Assembly: GCA_963674735.2 (NCBI GenBank)
Contig: CAXXQS010000001.1
Coordinates: 384,001 to 448,000, forward strand
DNA from: Myxococcota bacterium
GTDB taxonomy: Bacteria > Myxococcota_A > SURF-8
Length of the DNA: 64,000 nt
Direction: 5' to 3'
Position 1 is the stretch's first letter, and every line of letters begins with the position of its first letter. Under the pieces are notes generated by a model. It did no database searches, was not told where the DNA came from, and saw only the letters and a program-made list of their open reading frames with translations. This document shows, in pieces, positions 28,454-38,722 of this stretch. A program made the position numbers and the translations under genes.

Positions 28454-28905
28454 CCGCTCACATTTCCGTTGCCATCCTTCGTGTCCGCAACGGTTTCGAA
28501 GATATTTCGCTTCCGCATTACCAGACTCCCGGTTCGGTGGGAATGGATCTGCCCGCAGCCATTACGGAACCACTCCTGCTCAAACCCGGAAAACGAACGC
28601 TCGTCCCGACTGGCTTGGCCATCGCGTTGCCGGATGGATACGAAGCGCAGGTAAGGCCGCGCAGTGGGCTGGCGGTCAAGCATGGGATTACCGTGCTCAA
28701 CGCTCCGGGGACCATCGATTCGGATTATCGCGGCGAGATCCGTGTGGCGCTGGTCAATCTGAGCGAGGAGCCGTTCGAAATCAAGCGGGGCGAACGCATC
28801 GCCCAACTCGTCGTGGCGGCGGTGACCCGCATCGCTTGGTCGGAGTCGGATAGCCTGGACGAAACCGAGCGCAACGGAGGCGGTTTCGGGCACACCGGCC
28901 GCTAG
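28450..28905 (+). CDS. dut: dUTP diphosphatase
   Basis: [38 protein letters not shown]. Confidence 0.97.
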   Translation: MTAHISVAILRVRNGFEDISLPHYQTPGSVGMDLPAAITEPLLLKPGKRTLVPTGLAIALPDGYEAQVRPRSGLAVKHGITVLNAPGTIDSDYRGEIRVALVNLSEEPFEIKRGERIAQLVVAAVTRIAWSESDSLDETERNGGGFGHTGR

Positions 28906-28929
28906 TCAGCTAAACGCACGCCTGTTTTC

Positions 28930-29784
28930 TTATTTCTTTTTTCCGGGAATGGGCATGCCCAGGTGGGTGAGAATCTTCTTCAGATCTTCCCACACCAAGC
29001 GTCGTTTTTCGTCCAGCGGGGGACGTAAGCAATAGGACGGATGGAAAATCGGAACGGCGGGGATGCCTTCCAATTCATAAAAAGTTCCGTGCACCTTGGT
29101 GATGCCGGTACGTTCACCCAGCATATGCAACATGGGCACACGCCCTAGAAGCACGATAACCTTGGGATTGATCGCGCGAATCTGGGCGCGGATGAAACCG
29201 ATGCAAGCGGCGACTTCGTCTTTTTCGGGGTCGCGGTTTTTCGGCGGACGACATTTGACGATGTTGCCGATGTAAACCTTTTCGCGCGGGATTCCCATAC
29301 CCAGTTCGATCCATTTATCGAGCAGCTTGCCCGCCCGGCCCACGAAGGGACGCCCGCTGGCGTCTTCATCGGCTCCCGGTCCTTCCCCGATGAACAGGAT
29401 GTCGGCGTGGGGGTCGCCTTCGCCAAAAACGATGGAATGGCGGGTTTCGTGAAGCTTGCAGCGTTGGCAATCTCCCAACTCGGTGCGCAGATCTTCAAGC
29501 GTAAGACGTTCGCCTGTTGCGCTCGTGGTCTCGATTGGAAAGGCGGCGGCGACGGGAGCGGCTGCGGTTTTGCCGGAAGATTTGCTGGCTTTGGCGGGCA
29601 TGGCTTCGGCGCTTCTCCTTGACGGTTCGAGCGGAGGTTTGGAACTTGGCGATGCGGGTGCGGGACGGCTGCGTGCGGCGAGCAACTCGACGGGCAATCC
29701 CGGGTGCCCCAGGCGTTTTTGCCAGACGAGATAGTCCCGCAAGGCGGCGGACAGATCCGCAGTATCGTTCGGCCACTCGCTCAT
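28930..29784 (-). CDS. Uracil-DNA glycosylase, family 4 (Fe-S)
   Basis: [30 protein letters not shown]. Confidence 0.93.
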   Translation of the reverse strand: MSEWPNDTADLSAALRDYLVWQKRLGHPGLPVELLAARSRPAPASPSSKPPLEPSRRSAEAMPAKASKSSGKTAAAPVAAAFPIETTSATGERLTLEDLRTELGDCQRCKLHETRHSIVFGEGDPHADILFIGEGPGADEDASGRPFVGRAGKLLDKWIELGMGIPREKVYIGNIVKCRPPKNRDPEKDEVAACIGFIRAQIRAINPKVIVLLGRVPMLHMLGERTGITKVHGTFYELEGIPAVPIFHPSYCLRPPLDEKRRLVWEDLKKILTHLGMPIPGKKK

Positions 29785-31250
29785 GTTTCACTGGGCTCCG
29801 TTTTGGCCGGCTTGGGTGCCGCCGGTTTGGGGGTTGCCGGTTTCGATGCGGCCGGAGGTGGACTGCTGATCGTCTTATCCGTTTCGGCTTTGGGAGCGGC
29901 CTGAGCCGGAGCGGGCTCCGCATTTTTCGCAACGGGTTTGCGTGGGCTGCGCGAGCGGGAACGCGAGCGGGAAGGCCGCTGGTTGCTGCGACCGCCGCGA
30001 CTGGAGCGACTGGTGCGTCCATTGGACTGGCTGGCGCGTTCTTTCTGGATCAGATCGAACAGGATACGCGCCACCTCGCTTTTCGCCAGCATGGGCAAAG
30101 ATTCGATATGGCCTTTGCGGTCGATGATTTTGACCACATTGGTGTCGACCTCGAAACCGGCGCCTTCCAGGCTGATGTCGTTGACCACGATCATGTCGAG
30201 CTTTTTCTCGTTAAGCTTGTTACGCCCGTTTTGCATCACCTGGTGGGTTTCGGCGGCGAAGCCGACCAGGAACTGCTTGGCGCGCTTTTTATTACCCAGT
30301 TCCTTTAGAATATCGGCCGTACGGGTGAGCGGCAGGCTGAACTCGCTTTGCTCCTTGTGGATTTTCTGATCGGATCGTCGCGCCGGGCGATAGTCGGCCA
30401 CCGCCGCCGCTTTGATGATGATCTGGGCGTCTTTCGCATGTTTCAGCGTGGCTTCGAGCATCTGGTCGGCGCTACGTATGGAAACCACCTCGACATCGCT
30501 GGGCGGGATCAGATCGTTGGGACCGGAGATGAGAATGACTTTGGCGCCGCGCGCACGGGCTTCTCGGGCGATGGCGAAACCCATTTTACCGCTGGAACGA
30601 TTGGCGACATAGCGGACTGGATCGATGTCCTCGTAAGTAGGTCCAGCTGTGACGAGGACTGTTTCGCCTTCCAAGTCCTGTTCAGTTCGGGCGGCATACA
30701 CCGCGGCATCCAGGATTTCGTCCAAAGCGGCCAGACGTCCCTTGCCTTCTTCGCCACAGGCCAATTCGCCGGAGTCGGGCGGGACGATGACAAAACGGCT
30801 GTGTTCGGACAGACGTTTCAGGTTCGCTTGCACGATTTCATTTTGCCACATGGCCCAATTCATGGCCGGGGCGATGACGATCGTTTTACGCGCCGCCAGA
30901 AGCAGGGTGCTCACCAGATCGTCGGCGAGGCCGTTGGCCAGTTTGCCGATGATGTTGGCGGTGGCTGGGACGATCACGATGCAGTCGGGCCAGCGAGCGG
31001 CTTCGATGTGGCTGATCTGCGATTCGCGTTGCGGGTCGAACAGATCGAGCAGCACGCTGCGGGTGCTGAGTGCCTGGAAGGTCAGCGGGCCGACGAAACG
31101 GGTGGCGGCGGCGGTCATGGCTACGCGCACCTCGGCTCCCTGTTTCGTCATCATGCGCACGAGTTCCGCGGATTTGAAGGCGGCGATTCCTCCTGTGACA
31201 CACAGCAGGATGCGTTTTCCGTCCAAAATACCCATCGTTGTTATCTCCAT
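29781..31250 (-). CDS. coaBC: Phosphopantothenoylcysteine decarboxylase/ligase
   Basis: TGGIAAFK, PATAN, PAMN, LACGEEGKGRL, NRSSGKMG, AAAVADY, VGFAAET. Confidence 0.97.
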   Translation of the reverse strand: MEITTMGILDGKRILLCVTGGIAAFKSAELVRMMTKQGAEVRVAMTAAATRFVGPLTFQALSTRSVLLDLFDPQRESQISHIEAARWPDCIVIVPATANIIGKLANGLADDLVSTLLLAARKTIVIAPAMNWAMWQNEIVQANLKRLSEHSRFVIVPPDSGELACGEEGKGRLAALDEILDAAVYAARTEQDLEGETVLVTAGPTYEDIDPVRYVANRSSGKMGFAIAREARARGAKVILISGPNDLIPPSDVEVVSIRSADQMLEATLKHAKDAQIIIKAAAVADYRPARRSDQKIHKEQSEFSLPLTRTADILKELGNKKRAKQFLVGFAAETHQVMQNGRNKLNEKKLDMIVVNDISLEGAGFEVDTNVVKIIDRKGHIESLPMLAKSEVARILFDLIQKERASQSNGRTSRSSRGGRSNQRPSRSRSRSRSPRKPVAKNAEPAPAQAAPKAETDKTISSPPPAASKPATPKPAAPKPAKTEPSET

Positions 31251-31282
31251 TCTTCGCGGACGCTGCCCGCGGTATCGTCGGT

Positions 31283-33085
31283 TCAGTCGTCGTTCAGTTT
31301 AAGTGCAGCCAAGAAGGCATCCTGGGGGATTTCGACTTGTCCCACCATTTTCATGCGCTTTTTACCGGCCTTCTGCTTCTCCAGAAGTTTACGCTTACGG
31401 GAAATATCACCGCCGTAGCATTTGGCCGTCACGTTTTTACGGAAGGCCCGGACGGTGGTGCGGGCGATGACACGCGTACCGATCGCGGCTTGGATAGCCA
31501 CCTCATACTGCTGACGCGGAATCAATTGTTTCATCTTTTGGCACATCGCCAGACCCCGTTCACGAGAGCGCTCGCGGTGGGTGATCAACGACAAGGCATC
31601 CACCTTTTCGCCGTTGACCAGAATATCCAGCTTGAGCAAATCGGCTTTCTGGTAGCCTTTGATTTCATAGTCGAGCGAGGCATAGCCACGGGTCGTGGAT
31701 TTCAATTTGTCGTAGAAATCGAGAATCACCTCGGCCAACGGCAGTTGGTAGGTGACCATCACGCGGTTTTCTCCGACATAGGTCATGTCTTCCTGAACGC
31801 CGCGCCGTTCTTCGCACAACTTCAGCACCGGTCCCACATATTCGGTGGGCATATGGATATGCGCTTTGATGATGGGCTCCTCGATGGAATCCACTTCCAT
31901 CGGTTCGGGGAGCTTGGCCGGATTGTCGATCTGGATGGTCGAACCGTTGCGCAAATTGATGCGATAAATGACGGTCGGGGCGGTGGTGATCAGATCGAGG
32001 TCGTATTCTCGTTCGAGCCGCTCCTGGACAACCTCCATATGCAGCAGTCCCAAATAGCCGCAACGGAAGCCGAAGCCCAAAGCCTGCGAGGTTTCAGGCT
32101 CGTAAATGAACGAGTAATCGTTGAGCTTGAGTTTGTCGAGGGCTTCGCGCAACTGGCCGTAATCCGATGGATCGGTGGGGTAAAGCCCCGAAAATACCAT
32201 CGGTTTGGCTGCCTTGAAACCGGCCATGGGAGCGGCTGTCGGGCGTTCGACATGTGTGACGGTGTCACCCACGCGGGCGTATTCGATGTCTTTGATTCCC
32301 GCAACGATGTAACCGACCTCGCCCGCCATCAACGACTTGCTGGAGGTCATGTTGGGCTGAAAAACACCGACATCCTGCACCAGAAAGCGACCCTTGGTTT
32401 GCATGAACAGGATTTCGTCGTTTTTCTTGATCGTCCCTTCGAAAACGCGCACCAGGATGATGACGCCCTGGTAGGAGTCGTACCAGCTGTCGAAGATCAG
32501 CGCCTTGAGCGGTTCGTCCGTATCGCCCGCCGGGGGGGGGATTTTGGCGACGATCTGTTCGAGCACCTCTTCCATGTTCAACCCGGTTTTGGCACTCACC
32601 GCCACCGCGTCTTCACAATCGAGCCCGACCACTTCTTCCACATCCGCCCGTACCCGCTCGATATCGGCCGAAGCGAGATCGATCTTGTTGAAAACCGTGA
32701 TGATTTCCAAGTCGTTGTCGATGGCCAGATAGACATTCGCCAAGGTTTGGGCTTCGACGCCCTGGGTGGCATCCACGACCAGCAGCGCGCCGTCGCAAGA
32801 AGCGAGGCTGCGCGACACTTCGTAATTGAAGTCCACGTGGCCGGGGGTGTCGATCAGGTTGAGAATGTACTCTTTCCCGTCGTGGGCGGTATAGGGCAGA
32901 CGAACGGCCTGAGATTTGATGGTAATACCGCGCTCACGTTCGAGGTCCATGCGGTCGAGAAACTGCTCTTTCATATCCCGGTCGGAAACGACGCCGGTGA
33001 GTTGCAGAAGGCGATCGGCCAAGGTTGATTTCCCATGGTCGATATGTGCAATGATAGAGAAGTTCCGAATGCGTTCCTGTTTCAT
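31283..33085 (-). CDS. lepA: Elongation factor 4
   Basis: [20 protein letters not shown]...[19 protein letters not shown]. Confidence 0.99.
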   Translation of the reverse strand: MKQERIRNFSIIAHIDHGKSTLADRLLQLTGVVSDRDMKEQFLDRMDLERERGITIKSQAVRLPYTAHDGKEYILNLIDTPGHVDFNYEVSRSLASCDGALLVVDATQGVEAQTLANVYLAIDNDLEIITVFNKIDLASADIERVRADVEEVVGLDCEDAVAVSAKTGLNMEEVLEQIVAKIPPPAGDTDEPLKALIFDSWYDSYQGVIILVRVFEGTIKKNDEILFMQTKGRFLVQDVGVFQPNMTSSKSLMAGEVGYIVAGIKDIEYARVGDTVTHVERPTAAPMAGFKAAKPMVFSGLYPTDPSDYGQLREALDKLKLNDYSFIYEPETSQALGFGFRCGYLGLLHMEVVQERLEREYDLDLITTAPTVIYRINLRNGSTIQIDNPAKLPEPMEVDSIEEPIIKAHIHMPTEYVGPVLKLCEERRGVQEDMTYVGENRVMVTYQLPLAEVILDFYDKLKSTTRGYASLDYEIKGYQKADLLKLDILVNGEKVDALSLITHRERSRERGLAMCQKMKQLIPRQQYEVAIQAAIGTRVIARTTVRAFRKNVTAKCYGGDISRKRKLLEKQKAGKKRMKMVGQVEIPQDAFLAALKLNDD

Positions 33086-34254
33086 GATTTACTTTCAACT
33101 GACGATAAGGATTCATCCGGGAAATACGTTGCCCAAGCCTGGCATTTTGGACAAAACCAGCCGAGCCTGATACGCGTTTCGCCACAGTTCGAGCAGGTCC
33201 ATTTTTCCTGGTGCACGGACGAATCGGGCAGGGTCAGTTGGAGACGTTTGACCTCCGCTAAGATGGCGGGGGTTGTTGCGCCGTCCACCAGAAGGGCGCG
33301 AATCGCTTCGCGCGCCTTGCTTTCTTCGCCTTGTTCGCGCAGCCGGATGGCCTGCTGTACGCGTGTACTTAGCCTGAAAGCGCACTCGCCGTCAAGCTGT
33401 TCTTGCAGGAAGGTGTCGATCCACTCGGGATGCTCTGCGGCGACGGCGATCCGCCGAAATTCGTCAAGCAAGATAGCCGCGGCGGCGGGCTCCGATGCAA
33501 GGGCTTCTTTGAGCGCCTTGATAGCCGGTTTCGGCTTGCCTTTGTGATTGTGATAACGCGCAAAAGCCTGGGCTACGTGTGCTGAGCGGGGAGCGCGTTG
33601 CAGGGCGTCTTTCAGGTAGGCGCGGGCTGCGTCCGGCTCTTTCGTTTCGATGTCGTGTAGGGCCAGTTCGGCCAGGACATGCGCCAGCAGGTCGCTCCTA
33701 TCCTCACCCGTGAGCTTTTCGAGGCGGCGGACGGCACGAGCGGCAGCGGCCCAGTCATTGAGTGGCATGGCCAGTTCAAGTAGGCGTTCCCACGGTTCCA
33801 CCCAGCGCGGGGCTTGTTCGACCAGTTCCAGAAAGACGGCAAGTCCACGGCGCGGCAGGTTGGCCGCCACGTAATCTTCGGCCAGTTCGAATTGGGCACG
33901 ATGCTTGAGATTGTCGTCGTCGAGGTCGTTTTGAATGATCAGGTTTTGATGTACCAGGATGGCCCGCTGGTGCTGACCGGTCTTGCGGAACAGTCGACCA
34001 AGGACGAAGTAGGTATCGATCTTTTCTGGGTCATCCCGTACGACAGAGCGAAATTCTTCAATCGCCGCCGACCAATCTTCCTCCAGAATCCGATAGGCTC
34101 CGCGTAACAGATTCAGGCGTAGGGCCTCGGCGTTTTTTGACGGCCGGCCGCGCCGTTTTATCGTGACGATCAACACCACTACCGTGGCGACGAAGAGTCC
34201 GGCGGCGAATCCAATGATGTAATTCCAATAAGGGGCCATCATGTTTGCGATCAT
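33082..34254 (-). CDS. lapB: LPS assembly protein B-like (TM, TPR, rubredoxin-like Cys4)
   Basis: N-terminal [24 protein letters not shown]...CPKC; adjacent to lapA. Confidence 0.8.
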   Translation of the reverse strand: MIANMMAPYWNYIIGFAAGLFVATVVVLIVTIKRRGRPSKNAEALRLNLLRGAYRILEEDWSAAIEEFRSVVRDDPEKIDTYFVLGRLFRKTGQHQRAILVHQNLIIQNDLDDDNLKHRAQFELAEDYVAANLPRRGLAVFLELVEQAPRWVEPWERLLELAMPLNDWAAAARAVRRLEKLTGEDRSDLLAHVLAELALHDIETKEPDAARAYLKDALQRAPRSAHVAQAFARYHNHKGKPKPAIKALKEALASEPAAAAILLDEFRRIAVAAEHPEWIDTFLQEQLDGECAFRLSTRVQQAIRLREQGEESKAREAIRALLVDGATTPAILAEVKRLQLTLPDSSVHQEKWTCSNCGETRIRLGWFCPKCQAWATYFPDESLSSVESKS

Positions 34255-34619
34255 GAGTTGGAAGTTTCGTCCGGCGATTCGGTCGCCGAATCGTCATCTT
34301 CGATGTCTCCGGCCAAATCGGCTTCGTAGAGCGGGCGGTTGCGCAGGGCTACCAATTCTTGCTCGGTATCGCGGATGCGCCTTTGTAGTCGCCTGACCTG
34401 GCGGCGGTGCTTGAGCGAGAGCCAGAGGGTGACCAGCCCCATCAAGCCGACTCCGATAAAGAGACTGGACAGAACCACGACCGACAACCAGACGGGGAGT
34501 GTTTCATAGTACAGAAACGTAAGTTTGACCGGCTGTTTATTGGTGAGGACAAAGACGACGGCGGCGACACCCAGCAGGATGCCGATCAAAATGAGAAAAA
34601 TACGTTTGGTGTTTTTCAT
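34251..34619 (-). CDS. lapA: LapA family membrane protein
   Basis: Two TMs separated by NKQPVKLTF, followed by a basic coiled coil. Confidence 0.8.
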   Translation of the reverse strand: MKNTKRIFLILIGILLGVAAVVFVLTNKQPVKLTFLYYETLPVWLSVVVLSSLFIGVGLMGLVTLWLSLKHRRQVRRLQRRIRDTEQELVALRNRPLYEADLAGDIEDDDSATESPDETSNS

Positions 34620-34627
34620 GGTGACTC

Positions 34628-35521
34628 CTACGGCTCACTCCGAAATCTCAATCCGCCTCTGAGCATCGTCCACAACTCGCCACGTACGCCCGATACGGCC
34701 GATTCAAACAGCTTTTCGATGTAACCGAGTGTTTCTTTTTTCGGATAGGCCAACTTGGGGTCTTTCTCCATGTTTGCCTGTTTGGCCGCGTAAGTCACGG
34801 CATCGCGGAAGCTGCCCATTTCATCCACCAGTTGGTGTTCTTTGGCTTGACGACCCGACAAAATGCGGCCGTCGGCAATGGGACGTACCACGTCTTTATC
34901 CAAGCCGCGCGCGGTGGCCACGGCGCTGAGGAATTGATCGTAGACATCCATAAGCAGGGACTGAATCAACTGGTCGTCTTGTTCGGTCATGCGTCGCATG
35001 GGCGACAGGGTGTCTTTGTGTTTGCCGGATTTGTAGGTATTGAACTCGATTTTCAGGACCTTGAACATCTCTTCCAGATAGGTGGTTTGCAGAATGACAC
35101 CGATGGAGCCGGTTAGGGTTCCGGGACTGGCGAAGACGTAATCCGCCGCACAACCGATGTAGTAACCACCCGACGCGGCCAGTGAACCCATCGAGGTAAC
35201 CACCGGTTTGACTCCGCGTAACTTGAAGACTTCGCTGTAGATTTCCTGAGAAGGGGCGACCGCTCCGCCGGGAGAATCGATGCGCAGCACGATGGCCTTG
35301 ATGTCGTCGTCGGTTGCGAAGGTGTGCAGGGCTTCGAGTGTCTGCTGGCTGTCTTCGATGGGACCGATGATTTCAATCACCCCGATGCGTTCTCCGCCGG
35401 AAAGGTCGGCTTCGATGCCCATGAAGCTGATCAGCAGAAGGAAGATAAAGCCGAACATCATCAGGAATCCGGCTCCCAGTAACACGACGACCAGTGTAAG
35501 GTTCTGGCGTTCCGTTTCCAT
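34628..35521 (-). CDS. sppA: Signal peptide peptidase (S49)
   Basis: RIDSPGG, AASGGYY, TGSIGV, KSGKHKD. Confidence 0.93.
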   Translation of the reverse strand: METERQNLTLVVVLLGAGFLMMFGFIFLLLISFMGIEADLSGGERIGVIEIIGPIEDSQQTLEALHTFATDDDIKAIVLRIDSPGGAVAPSQEIYSEVFKLRGVKPVVTSMGSLAASGGYYIGCAADYVFASPGTLTGSIGVILQTTYLEEMFKVLKIEFNTYKSGKHKDTLSPMRRMTEQDDQLIQSLLMDVYDQFLSAVATARGLDKDVVRPIADGRILSGRQAKEHQLVDEMGSFRDAVTYAAKQANMEKDPKLAYPKKETLGYIEKLFESAVSGVRGELWTMLRGGLRFRSEP

Positions 35522-35564
35522 ATATCCCTCTCCGTAAATATCCTATTAAAGACAGCGAACCATT

Positions 35565-36542
35565 TTAGAATAGAAGCCACAGCCCTGCAACATAAATACA
35601 GGTTAGAAGCCAGGAATCGGCCCGCATCGGACCGAAACGGCGTTCGGAGCCCAGCCGGGCGGCGATCAAGAGTGCAACGCTCATCAGCGCCACCTCACCT
35701 AGCACCAGGAGATGCTGTTCGGTGAAGTGAGTGAAAAGGCCCCCCGGTCCCTCGGCCAAATCCACCAGTCCGAGGATACTGAGGTTGAAGATGTTGCTTC
35801 CGTAAATATTCCCGAGTGAAAGGCTCATCTGACCCATCCGTGCAGCCGAAATCGAAACCGCCAATTCGGGTAACGATGTGGCGATGGCCAGGAAAATCGC
35901 TCCGACGATCGATCCGCCCAAGCCTGTTTGTTCGGCGATGCGGTCGCAAATCCCGGAGAGCCACACGCTGGTTCCGACCAAGGCGGCGGCAGCAACGAAA
36001 GTTTTAAGCAACAAACCCGTCAACGCGGGTTTGGGTGACGGAGGGGCCTCAGGTGGATTTTGCGGAGGCGGCTCGACTTGGCGTTGTTCGTCCCGGAACA
36101 ACACCCACAGGCTGACCAAGTAGGCCGCCAGAATCGCGGCCGACAGCGGATGCAGGTAGAAGGAGGGCAAAGAGGTCGCCGTGCCGACTCCTAACGTTAC
36201 CAGAGCCAAAAGACCGAGCGACAGCAGGCCGGCGGTATAGCCGTCCCGTCCTTGACGCTTTACTCGGAAAAAGACATCGATGACCACGATGATCAGCAGA
36301 TTGAAGGTGCAGGATCCGAGCAGGTTACCGATGGCCATGTCGACGGCGTCGAAGAGCAACACGGCGCTCAGCGATGTGACCACCTCCGGCAGCGACGTGC
36401 TGGCCCCGAGAAGCAGGGCTCCGATGAACGCCCGCCCGATGCCGGTTTGCTCGGCCAGTTCGTCGGCATAGCGCGTAATGGTGGCTCCCACCCAGACGAC
36501 CAGTGCGGCGGCGATAAAAAATTGCAGCCAGGTAAACCACAT
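35565..36542 (-). CDS. Sodium:calcium (CaCA) antiporter
   Basis: Two alpha repeats: TSLPE...GNLLGS and TSLPE...GNIYGSN. Confidence 0.9.
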   Translation of the reverse strand: MWFTWLQFFIAAALVVWVGATITRYADELAEQTGIGRAFIGALLLGASTSLPEVVTSLSAVLLFDAVDMAIGNLLGSCTFNLLIIVVIDVFFRVKRQGRDGYTAGLLSLGLLALVTLGVGTATSLPSFYLHPLSAAILAAYLVSLWVLFRDEQRQVEPPPQNPPEAPPSPKPALTGLLLKTFVAAAALVGTSVWLSGICDRIAEQTGLGGSIVGAIFLAIATSLPELAVSISAARMGQMSLSLGNIYGSNIFNLSILGLVDLAEGPGGLFTHFTEQHLLVLGEVALMSVALLIAARLGSERRFGPMRADSWLLTCIYVAGLWLLF

Positions 36543-36560
36543 GCCTTCTGCGACCTTTCG

Positions 36561-36599
36561 AAAAAAAAGCGACCGGCCCTCGAAATGAGGCCGGCCGCT
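36561..36599 (-). terminator. Rho-independent terminator of rpsA
   Basis: AGCGGCCGGCC...GGCCGGTCGCT followed by a T tract on the minus strand. Confidence 0.8.
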
Positions 36600-36623
36600 A
36601 AGGTTTGACTGGATTCCGGCCGA

Positions 36624-38561
36624 TTACTCGGACTTCTCCGTGTCGGTTGCTTCGGTGTTTTCTTCCGCGACAGGAGCTTCGACAGCTTCTTCGACAGGAG
36701 CTTCGACGGCTTCCTCGGCCGTGGCTTCAACGGCTTCTTCGGCGGGAGCTTCGACGGCTTCTTCGGCGGGAGCTTCGACGGCTTCCGCTGCGGGAGCTTC
36801 GACGGCTTCCTCGACAGGAGCTTCAACAGCTTTTTCGGCCGGGGCTTCGTCCGAACCGAAGGCACCGAGTTTGGCCTGGATGGCGGCACCCAGGTTGGTG
36901 GTGGAGCTCATTTCCTGGTTCATGAACTCGGCCATTTCCAGCTTTTCCTGGTTGTTCAGCAGGGAGCGGATGGACAGGGCAATGCGGCGTTCGGCCGGAT
37001 CGATGTGTTTGATCTCGGCTTTGACCTGCTGGCCCTCTTTGACCGCGCTGGACGGATCGTCGATGCGTTCGGCCGACAGCTCGGAAATATGGATCAGGCC
37101 TTCCACGCCGTCCTCGATCTCCATGAAAGCACCGAAATCGGTGATTTTGGAAATCACGCCGGTAACCACCATGCCGGAATAGTACTTCTCGGGAATCCGC
37201 TTCCAGGGATCCGGTACCAACTGCTTGATACCCAGGGAGAAGCGCTCTTTGTCGGGATCGATATTGAGCACGACGGCTTCGATTTCCTGGTTTTTCTGAT
37301 AGATTTCGCCCGGATGTTTGATTTTCTGCGTCCACGAGATATCGGAGACATGCACCAGACCGTCGATGCCCTCTTCGATGCCGATGAAGATACCGAAATC
37401 GGTGATGTTACGGATGCGGCCACGAATAACCGTGCCGACCGGGTATTTTTCCTGCAACTGCAGCCAGGGATTGGGCTCCACTTGCTTCATACCGAGGCTG
37501 ATGCGACGGTTGGATACATCGATGTCCAGAATGATCACGTCGACGGTATCGCCAACGGAAACCAGTTTGGACGGATGCTTGACACGCTTGACCCAGCTCA
37601 TCTCGGAAACGTGGATCAGGCCTTCGACGCCTTCTTCCAACTCGACGAAAGCGCCGTAATCCGTGAGGCTGACCACCTTGCCCGAAACCTTGGTTTCGAC
37701 CGGGTATTTCACTTCGGCATTGGCCCACGGGTCGGGGGACATCTGTTTGAGACCCAGAGATACACGTTCGCTTTCCTGGTCGAACTTCAGCACCTTGACC
37801 TGGACTTCGTCGCCGATACCGAACATTTCGGACGGATGGTTGACGCGGCCCCAACTCATATCGGTGATATGCAGCAGGCCGTCGATTCCGCCCAAGTCGA
37901 CGAAGGCGCCGTAGTTGGTGATGTTTTTGATGATACCGGTGACAACCTTGCTTTCCTGGAGGTTTTCGAGGGTCTTGGTTTTGAGCTCCTCGCGTTCCTT
38001 TTCGAGCAGGGCACGACGCGACAGAACGATGTTGCCGCGTTTCTTGTTGAATTTAATGACCTTGAACTTCATCTTCTGGCCGATGAGTTTGTCAAGGTTG
38101 CGGACCGGCCGCAGATCGACCTGGGAGCCCGGCAGGAAGGCTTTTACGCCGATATCGACCGACAGACCACCCTTGATGCGGGCGACGATGGTTCCTTCGA
38201 TAAGCTCGTCTCGTTCGCAGGCGGCGCAGATTTCGTCCCACACCTTCTGACGATCGGCTTTTTCTTTCGAAAGAACGATCTGGCCGTCTTCATCTTCGAT
38301 TTCTTCCAGAATCACGTCGACGACGTCGCCTTCGGCAACCGTCATCTGACCTCGGTGATCCATGAATTCGTCGATGTCGATTTGACCTTCCGACTTGTAG
38401 CCGATGTCGACCAGTACGAAATCCTTCGTAAGATGCAACACCGTGCCTTGGACCATGTCACCTTCTTTCAAGTCGCGCGTTTGCAGGCTCGACTCGAACA
38501 GGGTGGCAAAATCCTCTTCCATTTCTTCGCCGATCTCCGGCTTTTCAAATTCCTGGTTCAT
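36624..38561 (-). CDS. rpsA: 30S ribosomal protein S1
   Basis: Six S1 repeats (AFLPGSQVD, GAFVDLGGIDGLLHITD, GLIHVSE). Probable start MNQEF at 38561. Confidence 0.97.
   Translation of the reverse strand: MNQEFEKPEIGEEMEEDFATLFESSLQTRDLKEGDMVQGTVLHLTKDFVLVDIGYKSEGQIDIDEFMDHRGQMTVAEGDVVDVILEEIEDEDGQIVLSKEKADRQKVWDEICAACERDELIEGTIVARIKGGLSVDIGVKAFLPGSQVDLRPVRNLDKLIGQKMKFKVIKFNKKRGNIVLSRRALLEKEREELKTKTLENLQESKVVTGIIKNITNYGAFVDLGGIDGLLHITDMSWGRVNHPSEMFGIGDEVQVKVLKFDQESERVSLGLKQMSPDPWANAEVKYPVETKVSGKVVSLTDYGAFVELEEGVEGLIHVSEMSWVKRVKHPSKLVSVGDTVDVIILDIDVSNRRISLGMKQVEPNPWLQLQEKYPVGTVIRGRIRNITDFGIFIGIEEGIDGLVHVSDISWTQKIKHPGEIYQKNQEIEAVVLNIDPDKERFSLGIKQLVPDPWKRIPEKYYSGMVVTGVISKITDFGAFMEIEDGVEGLIHISELSAERIDDPSSAVKEGQQVKAEIKHIDPAERRIALSIRSLLNNQEKLEMAEFMNQEMSSTTNLGAAIQAKLGAFGSDEAPAEKAVEAPVEEAVEAPAAEAVEAPAEEAVEAPAEEAVEATAEEAVEAPVEEAVEAPVAEENTEATDTEKSE
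36669..36849 (-). repeat. 24-bp coding tandem repeat, about 7.5 copies (EEAVEAP[A/V])
   Basis: Repeated GGAGCTTCGACGGCTTC core in the rpsA 3' end. Confidence 0.9.
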
Positions 38562-38647
38562 GTTAGTAATTTCGCGCTCCCGATGGTTCTGGTACCCGCG
38601 GCGGGGAGCATACGTCCGCGGTTCCCAAGCCAATTAGCAGGGACCGC

Positions 38648-38676
38648 ACTTTACTTGTTTTCCTTAATGATGTCAA
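38648..38676 (-). promoter_or_regulatory. Putative rpsA promoter
   Basis: TTGACA-17 nt-TAAAGT on the minus strand. Confidence 0.55.
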
Positions 38677-38722
38677 AAGTTTTTTTCCCTCTGTCCTTAT
38701 GTTGAAGACGAGGGAAAAAGGA

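Noticed and set aside
31238-33028. 596-aa plus-strand ORF
   Set aside because: Antisense shadow of lepA.
37005-38705. 566-aa plus-strand ORF
   Set aside because: Antisense shadow of rpsA.
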